In this document: piece after piece, positions 49,958 through 60,291 of the stretch
Position numbering within the stretch: the first letter of the stretch is position 1
How the letters are laid out: each line of letters starts with the position of its first letter
Assembly (NCBI GenBank): GCA_047947115.1
Contig: CP170459.1
Coordinates: forward strand, 1,632,001 to 1,696,000
Length of the DNA stretch: 64,000 bases
Direction: 5' to 3'
From: Verrucomicrobiota bacterium
GTDB taxonomy: Bacteria; Verrucomicrobiota; Verrucomicrobiia; Limisphaerales; AAA164-E04
Notes under the pieces: model-generated
What the model was told of the DNA's origin: nothing
The model's database searches: none
The model's input: the letters and a program-made list of their open reading frames with translations, nothing else
Made by a program: the position numbers and the translations under genes

Positions 49958-51103
49958 ATGGCAAGCATTCACCGGCAAAAAGGAAGGTCTTCTTGGTATT
50001 GCGCCTACACCGACCAAAATGGAGCTCGGCACTTTAAAAGTACTCGCACCTCTGACAAAAAGGAAGCGCGAAGAATCTGCAATGTGATGCAAGGGGCTGT
50101 CGATCGGATGAAATCCACCAAGCTTACACCGGCGACAGCACGTAAATTTATAGAGCGTAATCTGGAGGAACTCCTCCTTGCCTCCGGGACGCAATCCATG
50201 AGCTCAACTCCGCGGGAGTTTTTCGATGATTGGATCAAGGAGAAGGAAGTTACAACAGCGGCAAACACATTGGTAAGATACGAGTCAATAGTTCGTAATT
50301 TCCTAGACCATTTAGGACCACGAGCCATGCAACCCTTAGCAAACATCAACAGCATGGTAATCGAAAATTTCAGAAGCCACATCGCTAGATCCCAGTCACC
50401 AAGTTCAGCTAACCTAAACCTCAAGGTCATTCGCTCAGCATTCAAGAAAGCAGTCACACAAGCTTTGATTCCAGAGAATCCTGCTTCGAATGTCGAAACC
50501 ATCAAGAAACCACCCTCCCAAGCGCGCAGGCCCTTCCAACTTCCGGAACTGAAAAAGCTTTTGGAGGTGGCTAACTGCGATTGGCAAACAATGATTCTGG
50601 TTGGGCTTTACACCGGTCTGAGGCTGCGGGACTGTGCCAATCTTTGCTGGAACCAAGTCGATCTGCAAGTTGGTGAGATAACCGTTCAAACCAGCAAAAC
50701 TGCCAGAACGCAAGTGCTTCCAATGGCCACACCACTTATGAATCATGTTGCTAATTTGCCGTCAACCGATGATCCCCACTGTCCATTGGCCCCCTCCTGC
50801 TTCGATCTACCAAGTAACGTACTCTCAAACCAATTTTATGAGCTCATGACTACCGCGGGATTGGTCAAAAAGCGAACACATCAAAAATCTAAAAACGGTT
50901 TGTCGGGTTCGAGACAAGCTTCTGGTCTTGGTTTTCACTGCCTCCGGCATACCGCAACCAGTCTGCTGAAAAATGCGGGGGTTTCAGATGTAATTGCCCG
51001 TGACATAATTGGCCATGAGTCTGCTGCCATCTCCAGAGTCTACACCCACATTGACTCCGAAACAAAACGCCAAGCCGTCAACAAAATGCCATCCTTGTTC
51101 TAG
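49958..51103 (+). CDS. Tyrosine recombinase/integrase
   Basis: TGLRLRD, FHCLRHT, IGH, VYTH catalytic residues; N-terminal arm-binding-like region. Confidence 0.95.
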   Translation: MASIHRQKGRSSWYCAYTDQNGARHFKSTRTSDKKEARRICNVMQGAVDRMKSTKLTPATARKFIERNLEELLLASGTQSMSSTPREFFDDWIKEKEVTTAANTLVRYESIVRNFLDHLGPRAMQPLANINSMVIENFRSHIARSQSPSSANLNLKVIRSAFKKAVTQALIPENPASNVETIKKPPSQARRPFQLPELKKLLEVANCDWQTMILVGLYTGLRLRDCANLCWNQVDLQVGEITVQTSKTARTQVLPMATPLMNHVANLPSTDDPHCPLAPSCFDLPSNVLSNQFYELMTTAGLVKKRTHQKSKNGLSGSRQASGLGFHCLRHTATSLLKNAGVSDVIARDIIGHESAAISRVYTHIDSETKRQAVNKMPSLF

Positions 51104-51145
51104 TGTTTTTGCGCGGCAGGTATCACCTCTAAATATTCTTAGACG

Positions 51146-52048
51146 ATGAGTCGAAATAAACAAAAGGCTTCAAACTTTCAGGGCAAGACTCGAGTGAAAG
51201 ACAATTCAAAGGGCTTTGAAGGTTGTTTATTGCCAAAAGAGGAATATCAGTTCTGGGACATACCTGAAAATGAGTATATCGAAGCCTATCAATATGAAAT
51301 AGAAAGAGAATCACGCCGTGACGGATCGAAACCCAAATCTCCCCAGGATTACCTATCAACTATCGATCCAGAGGATCCTCCATGGACGGCTTGGAGTGTA
51401 AGTGCAGAAAAATCAGCTTGGGATAGTTTTACCCATACTGGGAGCTCATATCCGCTATTAGTTGACAAAGAGTTGCCTACACATCCGTGCCGATCGCCCC
51501 AACCTAAAGCATTGATTCATCTTTCGCTTAATCCATACCAGCTTTCGACAGAAGAAAGCAAAAGTGTCCTTCAAAGTCTGCGTTCTACTTACCTAAAAGA
51601 GCTGTTGGCATCTGAGCAAAGCAGAAAAGATGCAATCTCCCTTGCGCTCTTTGAGATAGATTTTTCCCGTCCAGTCAATGAAATCCTTGATGAATTTAAA
51701 CATTGGCTGCAAGATAAAAGCAGCATCAAAATCGGAGGCAGACCACAAGAAGTTATTCCGAAGTTGTTCCGCCTTGCCATTTATCGATTAACAAGGGTGC
51801 ATTTTGATAGTGACGTCAAAAAGTTCTTGAAGAGTTTTAAAGCCCCCTTCAAACGCAGCATTGACGATAGAGACTTTCGAAGATTTAGGAAAAAGGCAGA
51901 AGACGAAATTATCAAAACGTTGAATTACTGCATTAGTGAAAACTTCTATGAGAAGTATTCGACGAAGGAATTGGTCAATGTGAAAAAAGATTTGATTTCA
52001 AAGTATCCTGACGAATATCTTAGGTCTGTTACTAGGCAGGATGCATGA
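51146..52048 (+). CDS. Hypothetical island protein (basic C-terminal region, possibly DNA-binding)
   Basis: 300 aa ORF directly after int; FEIDFSRPVNEILDEFKHWL..LAIYRL. Confidence 0.65.
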   Translation: MSRNKQKASNFQGKTRVKDNSKGFEGCLLPKEEYQFWDIPENEYIEAYQYEIERESRRDGSKPKSPQDYLSTIDPEDPPWTAWSVSAEKSAWDSFTHTGSSYPLLVDKELPTHPCRSPQPKALIHLSLNPYQLSTEESKSVLQSLRSTYLKELLASEQSRKDAISLALFEIDFSRPVNEILDEFKHWLQDKSSIKIGGRPQEVIPKLFRLAIYRLTRVHFDSDVKKFLKSFKAPFKRSIDDRDFRRFRKKAEDEIIKTLNYCISENFYEKYSTKELVNVKKDLISKYPDEYLRSVTRQDA

Positions 52049-52139
52049 ATCCAGTCCTATTCATCGACTGCACCTTCAAAGGGGGGGGTAAAACCCTGCA
52101 GCAGGTTTGCACCCCTATTTTTCTCAATAGTGTTCTGCA

Positions 52140-52466
52140 ATGGTTGACGCGATGAACGTCAATCATATCGAATTACACAATCACAAATCGCCAAAACCAT
52201 TATTCTTCCGGCTTCCAAAGCCGGGCGAAACAGATCCCTACTTCGGAGCAAATCGTTCCTTCTGGAATGAACGGATCCTACCAACACCTCGGAACAACTA
52301 CGACCCCCCGATAAACTCCATCGTAGATCGAAAACCAGGTGCAAAAACCGGTTGTCGATTCATCGAATTCCAATCGGCGCTAAAATATTTTGAGGGGTTG
52401 CAAAACCATCCACCCCAACCCCACCCCCACAACAAAAATCTCAACAAGCAGGATAACCATAGGTAG
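52140..52466 (+). CDS. Small DNA-binding protein, putative excisionase/AlpA analogue
   Basis: FFRLPKPGETDPYFGANRSFWNE..RKPGAKTGCRFI; first gene of the replication module; function inferred from position. Confidence 0.55.
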   Translation: MVDAMNVNHIELHNHKSPKPLFFRLPKPGETDPYFGANRSFWNERILPTPRNNYDPPINSIVDRKPGAKTGCRFIEFQSALKYFEGLQNHPPQPHPHNKNLNKQDNHR

Positions 52467-52561
52467 GCCCCTTTTCGGGGTTACCCAAAGGTATACCTGC
52501 GCCTTGCGATTTTCTGTCACAAACCTATTTCCCGTGCATTGAGCACTCGAAAATAAAAGTT

Positions 52562-52972
52562 ATGAAACTAAAACTACAAATAGAAATTCCCCAAGAGGGA
52601 TGGCATCGAGCAATTTGCTCCGACATCATGGACAGAGGCTGTGTTGCAACAGAATATGGCAACAAGCATCTGGTCCGTTTCACATGGATGATCGTTCCAG
52701 AAGGCTCTTCAGAGCCGCTTCGGATCAGGAAATCCTACAACGCAACCCTGCATCCAAAAAGCAATCTGCTAAAGGATCTATCTGCATGGGTAGGTTCAGA
52801 GGAACTTCAGAACGAGTTCGATCTAATGAAGCTCAAGGGAAAGAAATGCCAACTGAAAGTAGCGCATTTCGAGGCCGAAGGTCAAACCATGGCCAAGGTA
52901 GTGGAAATCAAACCATTAACAGAAAACTTATCAATTGGGGAGGGTGTGTACTCTCCCAACTCAAATTTATGA
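52562..52972 (+). CDS. Phage-type protein, putative ssDNA-binding/replication protein
   Basis: EGWHRAIC..VRFTW..SYNATLHPKSNL..LKGKKCQLKV; beta-rich; ATGA coupling to the primase. Confidence 0.55.
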   Translation: MKLKLQIEIPQEGWHRAICSDIMDRGCVATEYGNKHLVRFTWMIVPEGSSEPLRIRKSYNATLHPKSNLLKDLSAWVGSEELQNEFDLMKLKGKKCQLKVAHFEAEGQTMAKVVEIKPLTENLSIGEGVYSPNSNL

Positions 52973-53988
52973 AACAGTTAAAAGTTCAAACTCCTACCAA
53001 GGTGCAGAGTCAAATTAAACAACTCAAACAAGCGCTTCCACTCCCAGATCTGATGGAAGCAATGGATTTCGGCGATTATGCCAAAAAATCATGTTCTTCA
53101 CCCTTCAGGGACGATAAGAATCCAAGTTTTGGGATTTATCAAGTTGAGACCAATTGGTTGTTCAAAGACCACGGAACAGGACTTGTTGGAGATGAAATTC
53201 AATTCATTGCCACTGTTCACGGTTTCGATCGGCACAAAGATTTTGCCAAGGTGTTGGACATATACAGAACCCTGGCTAAGGTTGCCCCACCAAAGCGGAT
53301 CCGCCCTTTGCGCAGGACCAAGGATCAACCGGTTAACTTGGATCCCAAAATGTTTCTGGATGCAGAGGCATACGAGCAAGGTCGCGGCCTTCTGAAGCCC
53401 TCTAGGCAGATTCTGCAGCAAATGGCTCATGAGAGGCCTTACGGTCTGCAGGGACTGCTCTGGGCTTCGGAGCGCGGCGTTCTTAAGTGCAAGAACGAAT
53501 GCTACTACGTATGCGACAAAACAGGGAACGTCATTGAGGGACGGCGGCTGGACAACAAGCCATTTCCAGCAGGAATTAAAAGCAAGGCCGAGCCCGGTAG
53601 TCGGAAAAGCTGGCCCGTTGGTATTGTGGAGGCATCAAAGTTCAGGAACATAGCCTTGGTTGAGGGAATTCCGGATTTCCTGATAGCACATCACATCATC
53701 CAGACCGAACAGCCAGAACCGAATTGTGCACCAGTAGGCATGCTTGGCAGCACTTCACTCATTAATGAGGCCGCGCTTCCTTTCTTCAAAGGCAAAGTGA
53801 TTAGGATCTTCGGACATGATGACGAAGCTGGAAGGCGAGCGGCATCCCGCTGGAAAAAACAGTTACTTGGTGAAGGCTGCTCTTCAGTGGAGGTATACGA
53901 ATTGTCGCCATTTGAAGGGGTGAACGACCTTTATGATTACTGGAGCCAACATGGAGACCTGTGCGAACGATGGATGCCGAACAATTAA
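52969..53988 (+). CDS. DnaG-like primase (degenerate Zn-finger plus Toprim)
   Basis: CSSPFRDDKNPSF..FKDHGTG..GDEIQF; VEGIPD; HDDEAGRRAA. Confidence 0.8.
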   Translation: MKQLKVQTPTKVQSQIKQLKQALPLPDLMEAMDFGDYAKKSCSSPFRDDKNPSFGIYQVETNWLFKDHGTGLVGDEIQFIATVHGFDRHKDFAKVLDIYRTLAKVAPPKRIRPLRRTKDQPVNLDPKMFLDAEAYEQGRGLLKPSRQILQQMAHERPYGLQGLLWASERGVLKCKNECYYVCDKTGNVIEGRRLDNKPFPAGIKSKAEPGSRKSWPVGIVEASKFRNIALVEGIPDFLIAHHIIQTEQPEPNCAPVGMLGSTSLINEAALPFFKGKVIRIFGHDDEAGRRAASRWKKQLLGEGCSSVEVYELSPFEGVNDLYDYWSQHGDLCERWMPNN

Positions 53989-55013
53989 TTCTGGATCCAC
54001 TGGATCTTGCCTTGGCGCAAGGCAATGATCTGCCGGAGATAACACCCCTCAGTCAATTGAATCCGCAGGATCGCGAGAAGCCCGCGGAATTGATTGATGG
54101 GGTGTTACACGCCGGTTGCAAAATGATCATTGGCGGTGGATCCAAATCCAACAAGACTTGGATCCTGATGCAACTTGCACATGCACTGGCTTCAGGCGGA
54201 AGCTGGTTGGATTTTAAAACTAACAAGTGCCGCGTTTTGTATGTCAATATGGAACTGCTCACTTCGTTTTTCTTGGAGCGCATGGACAATATTGATCAAT
54301 CGATCAAAGGTGTTGTCGCAAAATATCCCGATGGTGGAATGGAGAACATCGACTACTGGGGCTTGCGCGGTCACAATCCCGATATTACGACCATCAGAGA
54401 AGCCATATGCAGCCGGGCAGCTCCGATGAAGTATGGGGCCATTATCCTTGATCCGCTTTACAAGATCATGGCCGGTAGGAATGAAAACGCCGCCGGGGAA
54501 ATAGCGGAGTTTTTGAACATAATTGATGACATAGCCAACCAGACCGGTGCCGCCGTCATCAGTGCTCACCATTTTTCCAAGGGCAACCAAGCCGGCAAGG
54601 AACAAATGGATCGATTCTCAGGCAGTGGTGTATTTGCTCGAGATCCGGATGCACTGGTGACAATGACCAAGCACAAGGAAGAGGATTGTTTCACTGTGGA
54701 CTTGGTCCTGCGTAATCATCCGAGTGTTGAAAGCTTCGTGATAAGCTGGAGTCATCCTGTTTGTACAAGAGTTGACTTCGATCCTTCTGATCTGAAGACC
54801 AAGGCAGGAGCAAGCAAGAAGTATTCATCAGAGCAATTGCTTGAGTTGTTGCCGGTTTCAGGTTGCAAAACAAAGGACTGGCTCAAGCTTGCCAGAGAAG
54901 AGACAGGAATGAGCGAACGTACTTTTCACAATTTGCTCAAGCAGCTTGAGCATGATGGTTCAGTGACCAAGGAACCTAAGACTCGTATCTGGACTACTGC
55001 AGCGTTGCAGTGA
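53970..55013 (+). CDS. RepA/AAA_25-type replicative helicase
   Basis: GGGSKSNKT Walker A; VLYVNMEL; IILDPLYK; HHFSKG; SGSGVFARDPD; C-terminal HTH-like region. Confidence 0.85.
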   Translation: MDAEQLILDPLDLALAQGNDLPEITPLSQLNPQDREKPAELIDGVLHAGCKMIIGGGSKSNKTWILMQLAHALASGGSWLDFKTNKCRVLYVNMELLTSFFLERMDNIDQSIKGVVAKYPDGGMENIDYWGLRGHNPDITTIREAICSRAAPMKYGAIILDPLYKIMAGRNENAAGEIAEFLNIIDDIANQTGAAVISAHHFSKGNQAGKEQMDRFSGSGVFARDPDALVTMTKHKEEDCFTVDLVLRNHPSVESFVISWSHPVCTRVDFDPSDLKTKAGASKKYSSEQLLELLPVSGCKTKDWLKLAREETGMSERTFHNLLKQLEHDGSVTKEPKTRIWTTAALQ

Positions 55014-55125
55014 AAAAGCTAAAGCCAGGTTAACTGCATACTGCAAAAACCCTTTAGGGTTTGCAGTTGCAGTAACTGGCAGGTTTATTACTGTTCTGCA
55101 GTGCAGGAAACCAGTTGCAGTAAAA
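54995..55125. repeat. Iteron-like TGCAG/ACTGCA cluster with central palindrome; putative origin
   Basis: About 8 TGCA-core repeats; ACTGCAtACTGCAAAaaCCC ttta GGGTTTGCAGTTGCAGT. Confidence 0.6.
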
Positions 55126-55227
55126 CGCACAGGTAAAAAGTAGACGCCGGAATACACCCAGCGACAGCCATCCGATCAACTCTGAGCGGAGTTGACTGGA
55201 ACGCCCCGTTGGTTAGATTCATTGAAA

Positions 55228-55509
55228 ATGATCAGACCAACTTTTGAAATCGAGGGAGGCGACGACGATTTTGAGCTCGTGTATTCTCCATTGTGCCAAG
55301 TCATCAGCATTGGCGACGACTCTGTTTCCGTTAAAATTTACGGAGACGGAGAAGGCAAATGGATACTTGAGGTTGAAGACGAATACGATAATTCGACCGT
55401 CTGGGATGATCCCTTTGATACCGATCAGGAGGCTCTGGACGAAGTTCTTAAAACCATACGGGAAGAAGGGATCTGGTGTTTGATTGGCGAACCAGACTCG
55501 TCCGACTAA
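55228..55509 (+). CDS. Small very acidic hypothetical protein
   Basis: IYGDGEGKWILEVEDEYDNSTVWDDPFDTDQEAL; start uncertain. Confidence 0.65.
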   Translation: MIRPTFEIEGGDDDFELVYSPLCQVISIGDDSVSVKIYGDGEGKWILEVEDEYDNSTVWDDPFDTDQEALDEVLKTIREEGIWCLIGEPDSSD

Positions 55510-55779
55510 GTTTTATGACACAAAACAGTATTGTCGAACACATCTGCATGATGTAGGTTGTTTTCGTCATCAGGAACGGTCCTGCAAGTTGCAAGACCTG
55601 GCAACCTGGCTGGGAGAGCCAAGGTGCCTTCGATACTGAAAAGTATCGGATGAGCCACTCAATTGAGTGGAAAGTAAGTCTCCTCCGGATTTTAGACCCG
55701 CGTTCCTGATTGGAGTGCGGGTCTTTTGTTTTTGGATTCCTGATGGCTGTTAGTGCAAACAACCAAAAGAAAGTCAGGA

Positions 55780-56028
55780 ATGAATAACTGGACACTATCA
55801 ATAAGAATTCGGGAATCCAACCCCGACCATCACCTATTCCAAAATCACGGCACCTGGTGGTGTCACTTCTGGGCGATTGAGGATGGATTCCGACAGGAAC
55901 GGTTCCGCGTGAATCTCCAAACAAAATCCCGCACTAAGGCCCACCAGAAACGGAATTCATTGCTTCGTGACGGTTGGAAAAATGTTGTTTCGAATTCAAA
56001 AGAAGGGGTCCAAAATGCCTTATTCTAA
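55780..56028 (+). CDS. Small basic protein resembling an isolated integrase arm-binding domain
   Basis: NPDHHLFQNHGTWWCHF..RFRVNLQTKSRTKAHQKRNSL; the stop abuts the IS end. Confidence 0.55.
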   Translation: MNNWTLSIRIRESNPDHHLFQNHGTWWCHFWAIEDGFRQERFRVNLQTKSRTKAHQKRNSLLRDGWKNVVSNSKEGVQNALF

Positions 56029-57608
56029 CCCGGATATTTCATCAAAACCAGAAATACCCACAAATTGGTTTTCATTGTAGCTCAAGGTTGAGTTTGGAGA
56101 GGTCAGACGCACCTTTTTAAGGTTCTTTTCGAATTGAGGATACACTCCCCCAATCCCCCATTGTTTTTCGACGTGCCGGGGCAGCACTCTGGGCATGTTA
56201 TCCTGTGTTCAGTTTGGCGTGAACATGTGCAAAGAGTTTTTGATAGGGGTATGCCTGACTCATCAATAATCGAATGCGTCTTGTGTTTTTCAGGACGATG
56301 GTTCCAATTTTGAACAGTTTCAGTCGGATGGTGCTGACCTGGGCTCGAGCCATTTCACTTCCTTTCAATCCAACTCGGCGGATGGTTTCCATCAGCACAT
56401 AGGCAGCACTGCTGAGCAGGAGTCGAAACTGATTGCTCCACCATTTATGACAACTGGTTCGGTCGGCGAATAATCCAAGCTGTTGTTCCTTGATGCGGTT
56501 TTCCATTTCTCCCCGAGCACAATAAATCTTCTCGTAGATATGCTGGGCATTGCCCGAAAGGTTACTCACCACAAATCTGGGATTGCTGCCCTGTCGATTA
56601 TGTTCCGCTTTAATGATCACCATTCTTTCCTGATCCCAGGAATGTGCCTTGTATTGGAGACAGGCAAAGTGGCGTTGTTTTTCACCAGTCTTTTCAAAGA
56701 GAACAGCGGATTCTGAAATAAGGTTTTGTCCTTGTTCAAGCAATCGTGGGTTTTTGGCGATTCCAACAACATACTTCACTTCATGACGTTCGCACCAACG
56801 CAACATTCTCCAACGACAAAACCCGGAGTCTCCCCGGAAGATGATGCGTACTTTGGGCCATTTTTGGCGCAGGCGTTGAACTAGCAATTTGAGAATGGCC
56901 CATGCATGACGTGCAGGATCAATATTGCTTGGGCGTAGATAACTGACCAAGAGTTGCTCGCCACAAAAGACATAAAGAGGAAGGAAACACCAGCAATCGT
57001 AATACCCGTGAAAACTGCGTCTCTCCTGGCCGCCATGAACTCGATCATCAGTTGCGTCAAAATCCAGAATCAGTTCTTCCGGAGCTTTTTTGAAAGAGTT
57101 GATAAAAGTTTCAATCAAGACTTTCGAAAAATCCATCGCTGTTTGGCGATCTGCCCGAGCTTCAAAGCGACACAAAGTAGGACTGCTGGCAAGCGAATCA
57201 GAACGTTCCACAGCACTTTGAATGAGTGGATCCTTTCGGAGGCAATCGTGATCGTTGAGATCTTCGTATCCCAAGGCCAGGCCGTAAATGCGTTGACGCA
57301 ACAAATCGAGAGTGGAATGAGCCGTCCGGCCAGATTGACGAGGATCGGTCATCACCTTGGAAATCGATTTGGTAAGACCAAGTAACCGATCAGCCTGCCT
57401 TAAAACAAAGCACCACCGTCCGAGGAAATGTGACCACCGCTGAAAGAAGCCTCAATTTTTCGTCGTTCAAGGCTTGGAAACTCAAAAGAAATCTGGTTAC
57501 ACTTTGTCATTAGCGGAGTTTTTACTGGTTTTTGTTTCAACACCAACAACCATATGGGATTATCCCAAAAACTTCGCTAATTTTTTTTAATTTAATGAAA
57601 TATCCGGG
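56029..57608 (-). mobile_element. IS1380-family insertion sequence (1580 bp)
   Basis: Terminal inverted repeats CCCGGATATTTCAT / ATGAAATATCCGGG; flanks CTAA and CTAG. Confidence 0.9.
56198..57510 (-). pseudogene. IS1380 transposase, frameshifted near the 5' end
   Basis: MTKCNQ..FSGGHISSDGGALF* then RQADRLLGL.. in another frame (short A run near 57402); LDFDATDD, RGDSGF, RGEMENRIKE. Confidence 0.85.
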
Positions 57609-57612
57609 CTAG

Positions 57613-59095
57613 CAGCCCGTTAAAAAAGTCACAATTCTTCACGAAAAGAATCGTGATTGATCACATGATCAAGTAAAGTCTTTGCCATGGCACTTGGCAA
57701 ACGGAAAACGAAACAGCAAGAACTGTTCATTGCCTCCAATCAGATTCCCAAAACGCCGGCTCATCCGTTTTACTCCAAACTCAATCAGGTTTTCGATGAG
57801 TGCGGATTTGATGCTTATGTTGAAGAGTTGTGCGCCCCGTTTTACAAGAATTTTGGTCGGCCAGGTATTGCGCCCGGAATTTATTTCCGAATGATTTTCA
57901 TCGGATATTTTGAAGGGCTCAACAGTCAACGAGGTATCGCATGGAGATGTCATGACAGCCTTTGCCTGCGTGAATTTCTCGGTATCAGTTTGACGGAGAA
58001 AACTCCTGTTCACGCATCGATGACAATTATCCGTCAACGCTTGTCCGATGATGTGTTTCACAAGGTTTTCCTTTTTGTCCTTGAACAACTCAATGAGAAA
58101 AAGCTTTTGAAGGGAAAAACTCTTGGTGTTGATGCCACCACCCTGGAAGCCAATGCAGCCATGCGTAGCATCGTGCGCAAAGGCACGGGTGAGGATTGGA
58201 AAGAATACCTTCGTGAACTGGCCAAAGAAGAAGGTATTGAAAATCCGAGTGATGAAGATATTCAGCGCATCGACCGAGGGCGTAAGGGGAAGAAAGTTTC
58301 CAACAAAGAATGGCAAAGCAAGTCAGATCCGGACAGCCGCATTACCAAGATGAAAGATGGGCGCACACATCTTGCATATAAGGCTGAACATTCGGTGGAC
58401 TTGGAAACCGAGGCAATTGTTTCTTGTCATGTCACACATGCAGATCAAGGCGATACAACCACGGGGCCTGAGAGCCTCATCTTGGCTGAAGCCAATCTAC
58501 AATTAATCGAATCAGAAAGGACCGTTGAAGAGGCGGTGATGGACAAGGGATATCACAGCAACGCATTGTTGGAACGGCTCACGCAGTGGGGTATCCGCAC
58601 ATACATACCAGAGAAGAAGCAAAAGAAGCGTAAGTGGGTGGACAAACCGGAATGCTACGAACACGCATTCCGTGGTAATCGACGAAGAGTTCGGAGTGTC
58701 AAGGGTAAGCGACTGAGTCGAAAACGAAGCGAACTTGTGGAGCGAACATTTGCTCATGTGTGCGAAACAGGAGCTGGACGTCGTACCTGGCTCCAGGGAA
58801 TGGAAAATGTCACCAAGATTCACACACTGAAGTGCGCAGCATTCAACCTCGGATTGCTGATGCGGAAAATCTTTGGCCTCGCCAAGCCAAGAAACTGGGA
58901 AGCGAGCCTCGCTACCGCTTTGACGGCTGCTTTTGTCATAATTTTTGGCGAATGGATGACTCTGGGGGCGATAAATATGTCTCCCGCCGTCCTTTTACTG
59001 ATTTCCACCATTTTATTATGCAGCTTGATGAAATCGAAGCGGGACGAGATTCGGATCATTCGGTTTTTCGAAATTGGCACTTATTAAACGGGCTG
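57613..59095 (+). mobile_element. IS1182/IS5-like insertion sequence (1483 bp)
   Basis: Terminal inverted repeats CAGCCCGTTAAAAAAGT / ACTTATTAAACGGGCTG. Confidence 0.85.
57687..59087 (+). CDS. DDE transposase (DUF772 plus DDE)
   Basis: HPFY..GRPGIAP; VDATTLEANA; MDKGY; VERTFAH. Confidence 0.92.
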   Translation: MALGKRKTKQQELFIASNQIPKTPAHPFYSKLNQVFDECGFDAYVEELCAPFYKNFGRPGIAPGIYFRMIFIGYFEGLNSQRGIAWRCHDSLCLREFLGISLTEKTPVHASMTIIRQRLSDDVFHKVFLFVLEQLNEKKLLKGKTLGVDATTLEANAAMRSIVRKGTGEDWKEYLRELAKEEGIENPSDEDIQRIDRGRKGKKVSNKEWQSKSDPDSRITKMKDGRTHLAYKAEHSVDLETEAIVSCHVTHADQGDTTTGPESLILAEANLQLIESERTVEEAVMDKGYHSNALLERLTQWGIRTYIPEKKQKKRKWVDKPECYEHAFRGNRRRVRSVKGKRLSRKRSELVERTFAHVCETGAGRRTWLQGMENVTKIHTLKCAAFNLGLLMRKIFGLAKPRNWEASLATALTAAFVIIFGEWMTLGAINMSPAVLLLISTILLCSLMKSKRDEIRIIRFFEIGTY

Positions 59096-59152
59096 TTATG
59101 CAAAAAAAGCTGGAAAACCATATCTAAAGCTGCAAATTTATCACTGTTCAAG

Positions 59153-60265
59153 ATGATACTTAATTATTTTCTCAAATCTCAGTCACTTAAATGGGCCTTT
59201 TGGACTTTCCTTTCCATGGTGCTTTGGCTTGGTTCATCTGATTTATCGGGGCAAACAATTAATTACCAGGGACGTATTGTGGGAGATGATGGAAACCCTG
59301 TTAATGCGTCCTGGGATGTAGAAGTTAATGTTTACGAAAGTGAGGATAGTGAAGTAGCTATATACACAGAGGTGGTAAATAGTGTTGCAATTAAAAACGG
59401 TCTTTATTCTTTCGGTTTTGGCGCTGAAGGGGTTGGGAAAAGGCGGCAAACTGAAATTTTGGGCTTTGGAGATGCTTCCACTAAAGTTTTTAACTTTACA
59501 CCAAGTCGTGGCATGATCCCCGGGTCCATCAAAATTAGTGACTCAAAATATACTTGGAGCGATCTTGAAGGTGCTTCAGATGCAGGTAACTTTATAGGGT
59601 CTGTTAATATTCCTGATAACAACGTTTCAGCTATCTATTTTAATGATGCGCCGGATCATTCTGTTTCAATTCAGCTTGCTTATTCTTATCAAGTTAGCAG
59701 TCTAAGCACTATTCTGATAGATCATGATGAGGCGTTTGTTCAAGTTCAAGTTGGTGACTATGTTTTCCCGAGAGAACGACTTTCTTATACCTTTTTTGCA
59801 TATCGATCGGCTTATTCTAATAATGAGCTCAAGCCCAAAGCCTATCGTCCTGTGATTTATGATAGTAATGGAACAACATCAAATATGGGGCCAATCGGAG
59901 CCGGTATCTACACAATTCCAGTACCAAAAACTGTAATATCCGACTACTCGGTAAAGATCTCTGGGACGATGAATGGCGTCCCGGACATAACACATGCTTC
60001 GGGTGGCTCTCGGAGCTCCTTGATTGTAACATTAATACGTGAAAATATTTCAACAGGAGAAGTTGAAAGGATTCTATTAAATTCCACTTATTCTTTTCAT
60101 TCCTACGAAAAGATCGAGTTTACACGTCAGGTGGATATAAACAAATGGATTGATTCGTCCGATAATTTCTCCTTAATCATCGAGTTAAATTTGTATTCTC
60201 AAGCAGGCAATTCGTGGTTTCGTGGTGGGCATATATCAGCAAAAGCTTCGGTTTTTCACAACTGA
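59153..60265 (+). CDS. Secreted protein with INYQGR N-terminal module
   Basis: Signal peptide then QTINYQGRI..NGLYSFGFG..FPRERLSYTFFAY; start re-assigned outside the IS. Confidence 0.7.
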   Translation: MILNYFLKSQSLKWAFWTFLSMVLWLGSSDLSGQTINYQGRIVGDDGNPVNASWDVEVNVYESEDSEVAIYTEVVNSVAIKNGLYSFGFGAEGVGKRRQTEILGFGDASTKVFNFTPSRGMIPGSIKISDSKYTWSDLEGASDAGNFIGSVNIPDNNVSAIYFNDAPDHSVSIQLAYSYQVSSLSTILIDHDEAFVQVQVGDYVFPRERLSYTFFAYRSAYSNNELKPKAYRPVIYDSNGTTSNMGPIGAGIYTIPVPKTVISDYSVKISGTMNGVPDITHASGGSRSSLIVTLIRENISTGEVERILLNSTYSFHSYEKIEFTRQVDINKWIDSSDNFSLIIELNLYSQAGNSWFRGGHISAKASVFHN

Positions 60266-60291
60266 TAATCAGGCTTCAATAAGGTTTTTTT

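Noticed and set aside
52600..52968. N-terminal extension of the primase ORF
   Set aside because: Overlaps the 52562-52972 gene in another frame; the ATGA-coupled start at 52969 is more plausible
58760..59152. N-terminal 131 aa of the 501-aa ORF, suggesting a transposase-surface protein fusion
   Set aside because: An alternative frame inside the IS; the signal peptide starts at about 59153
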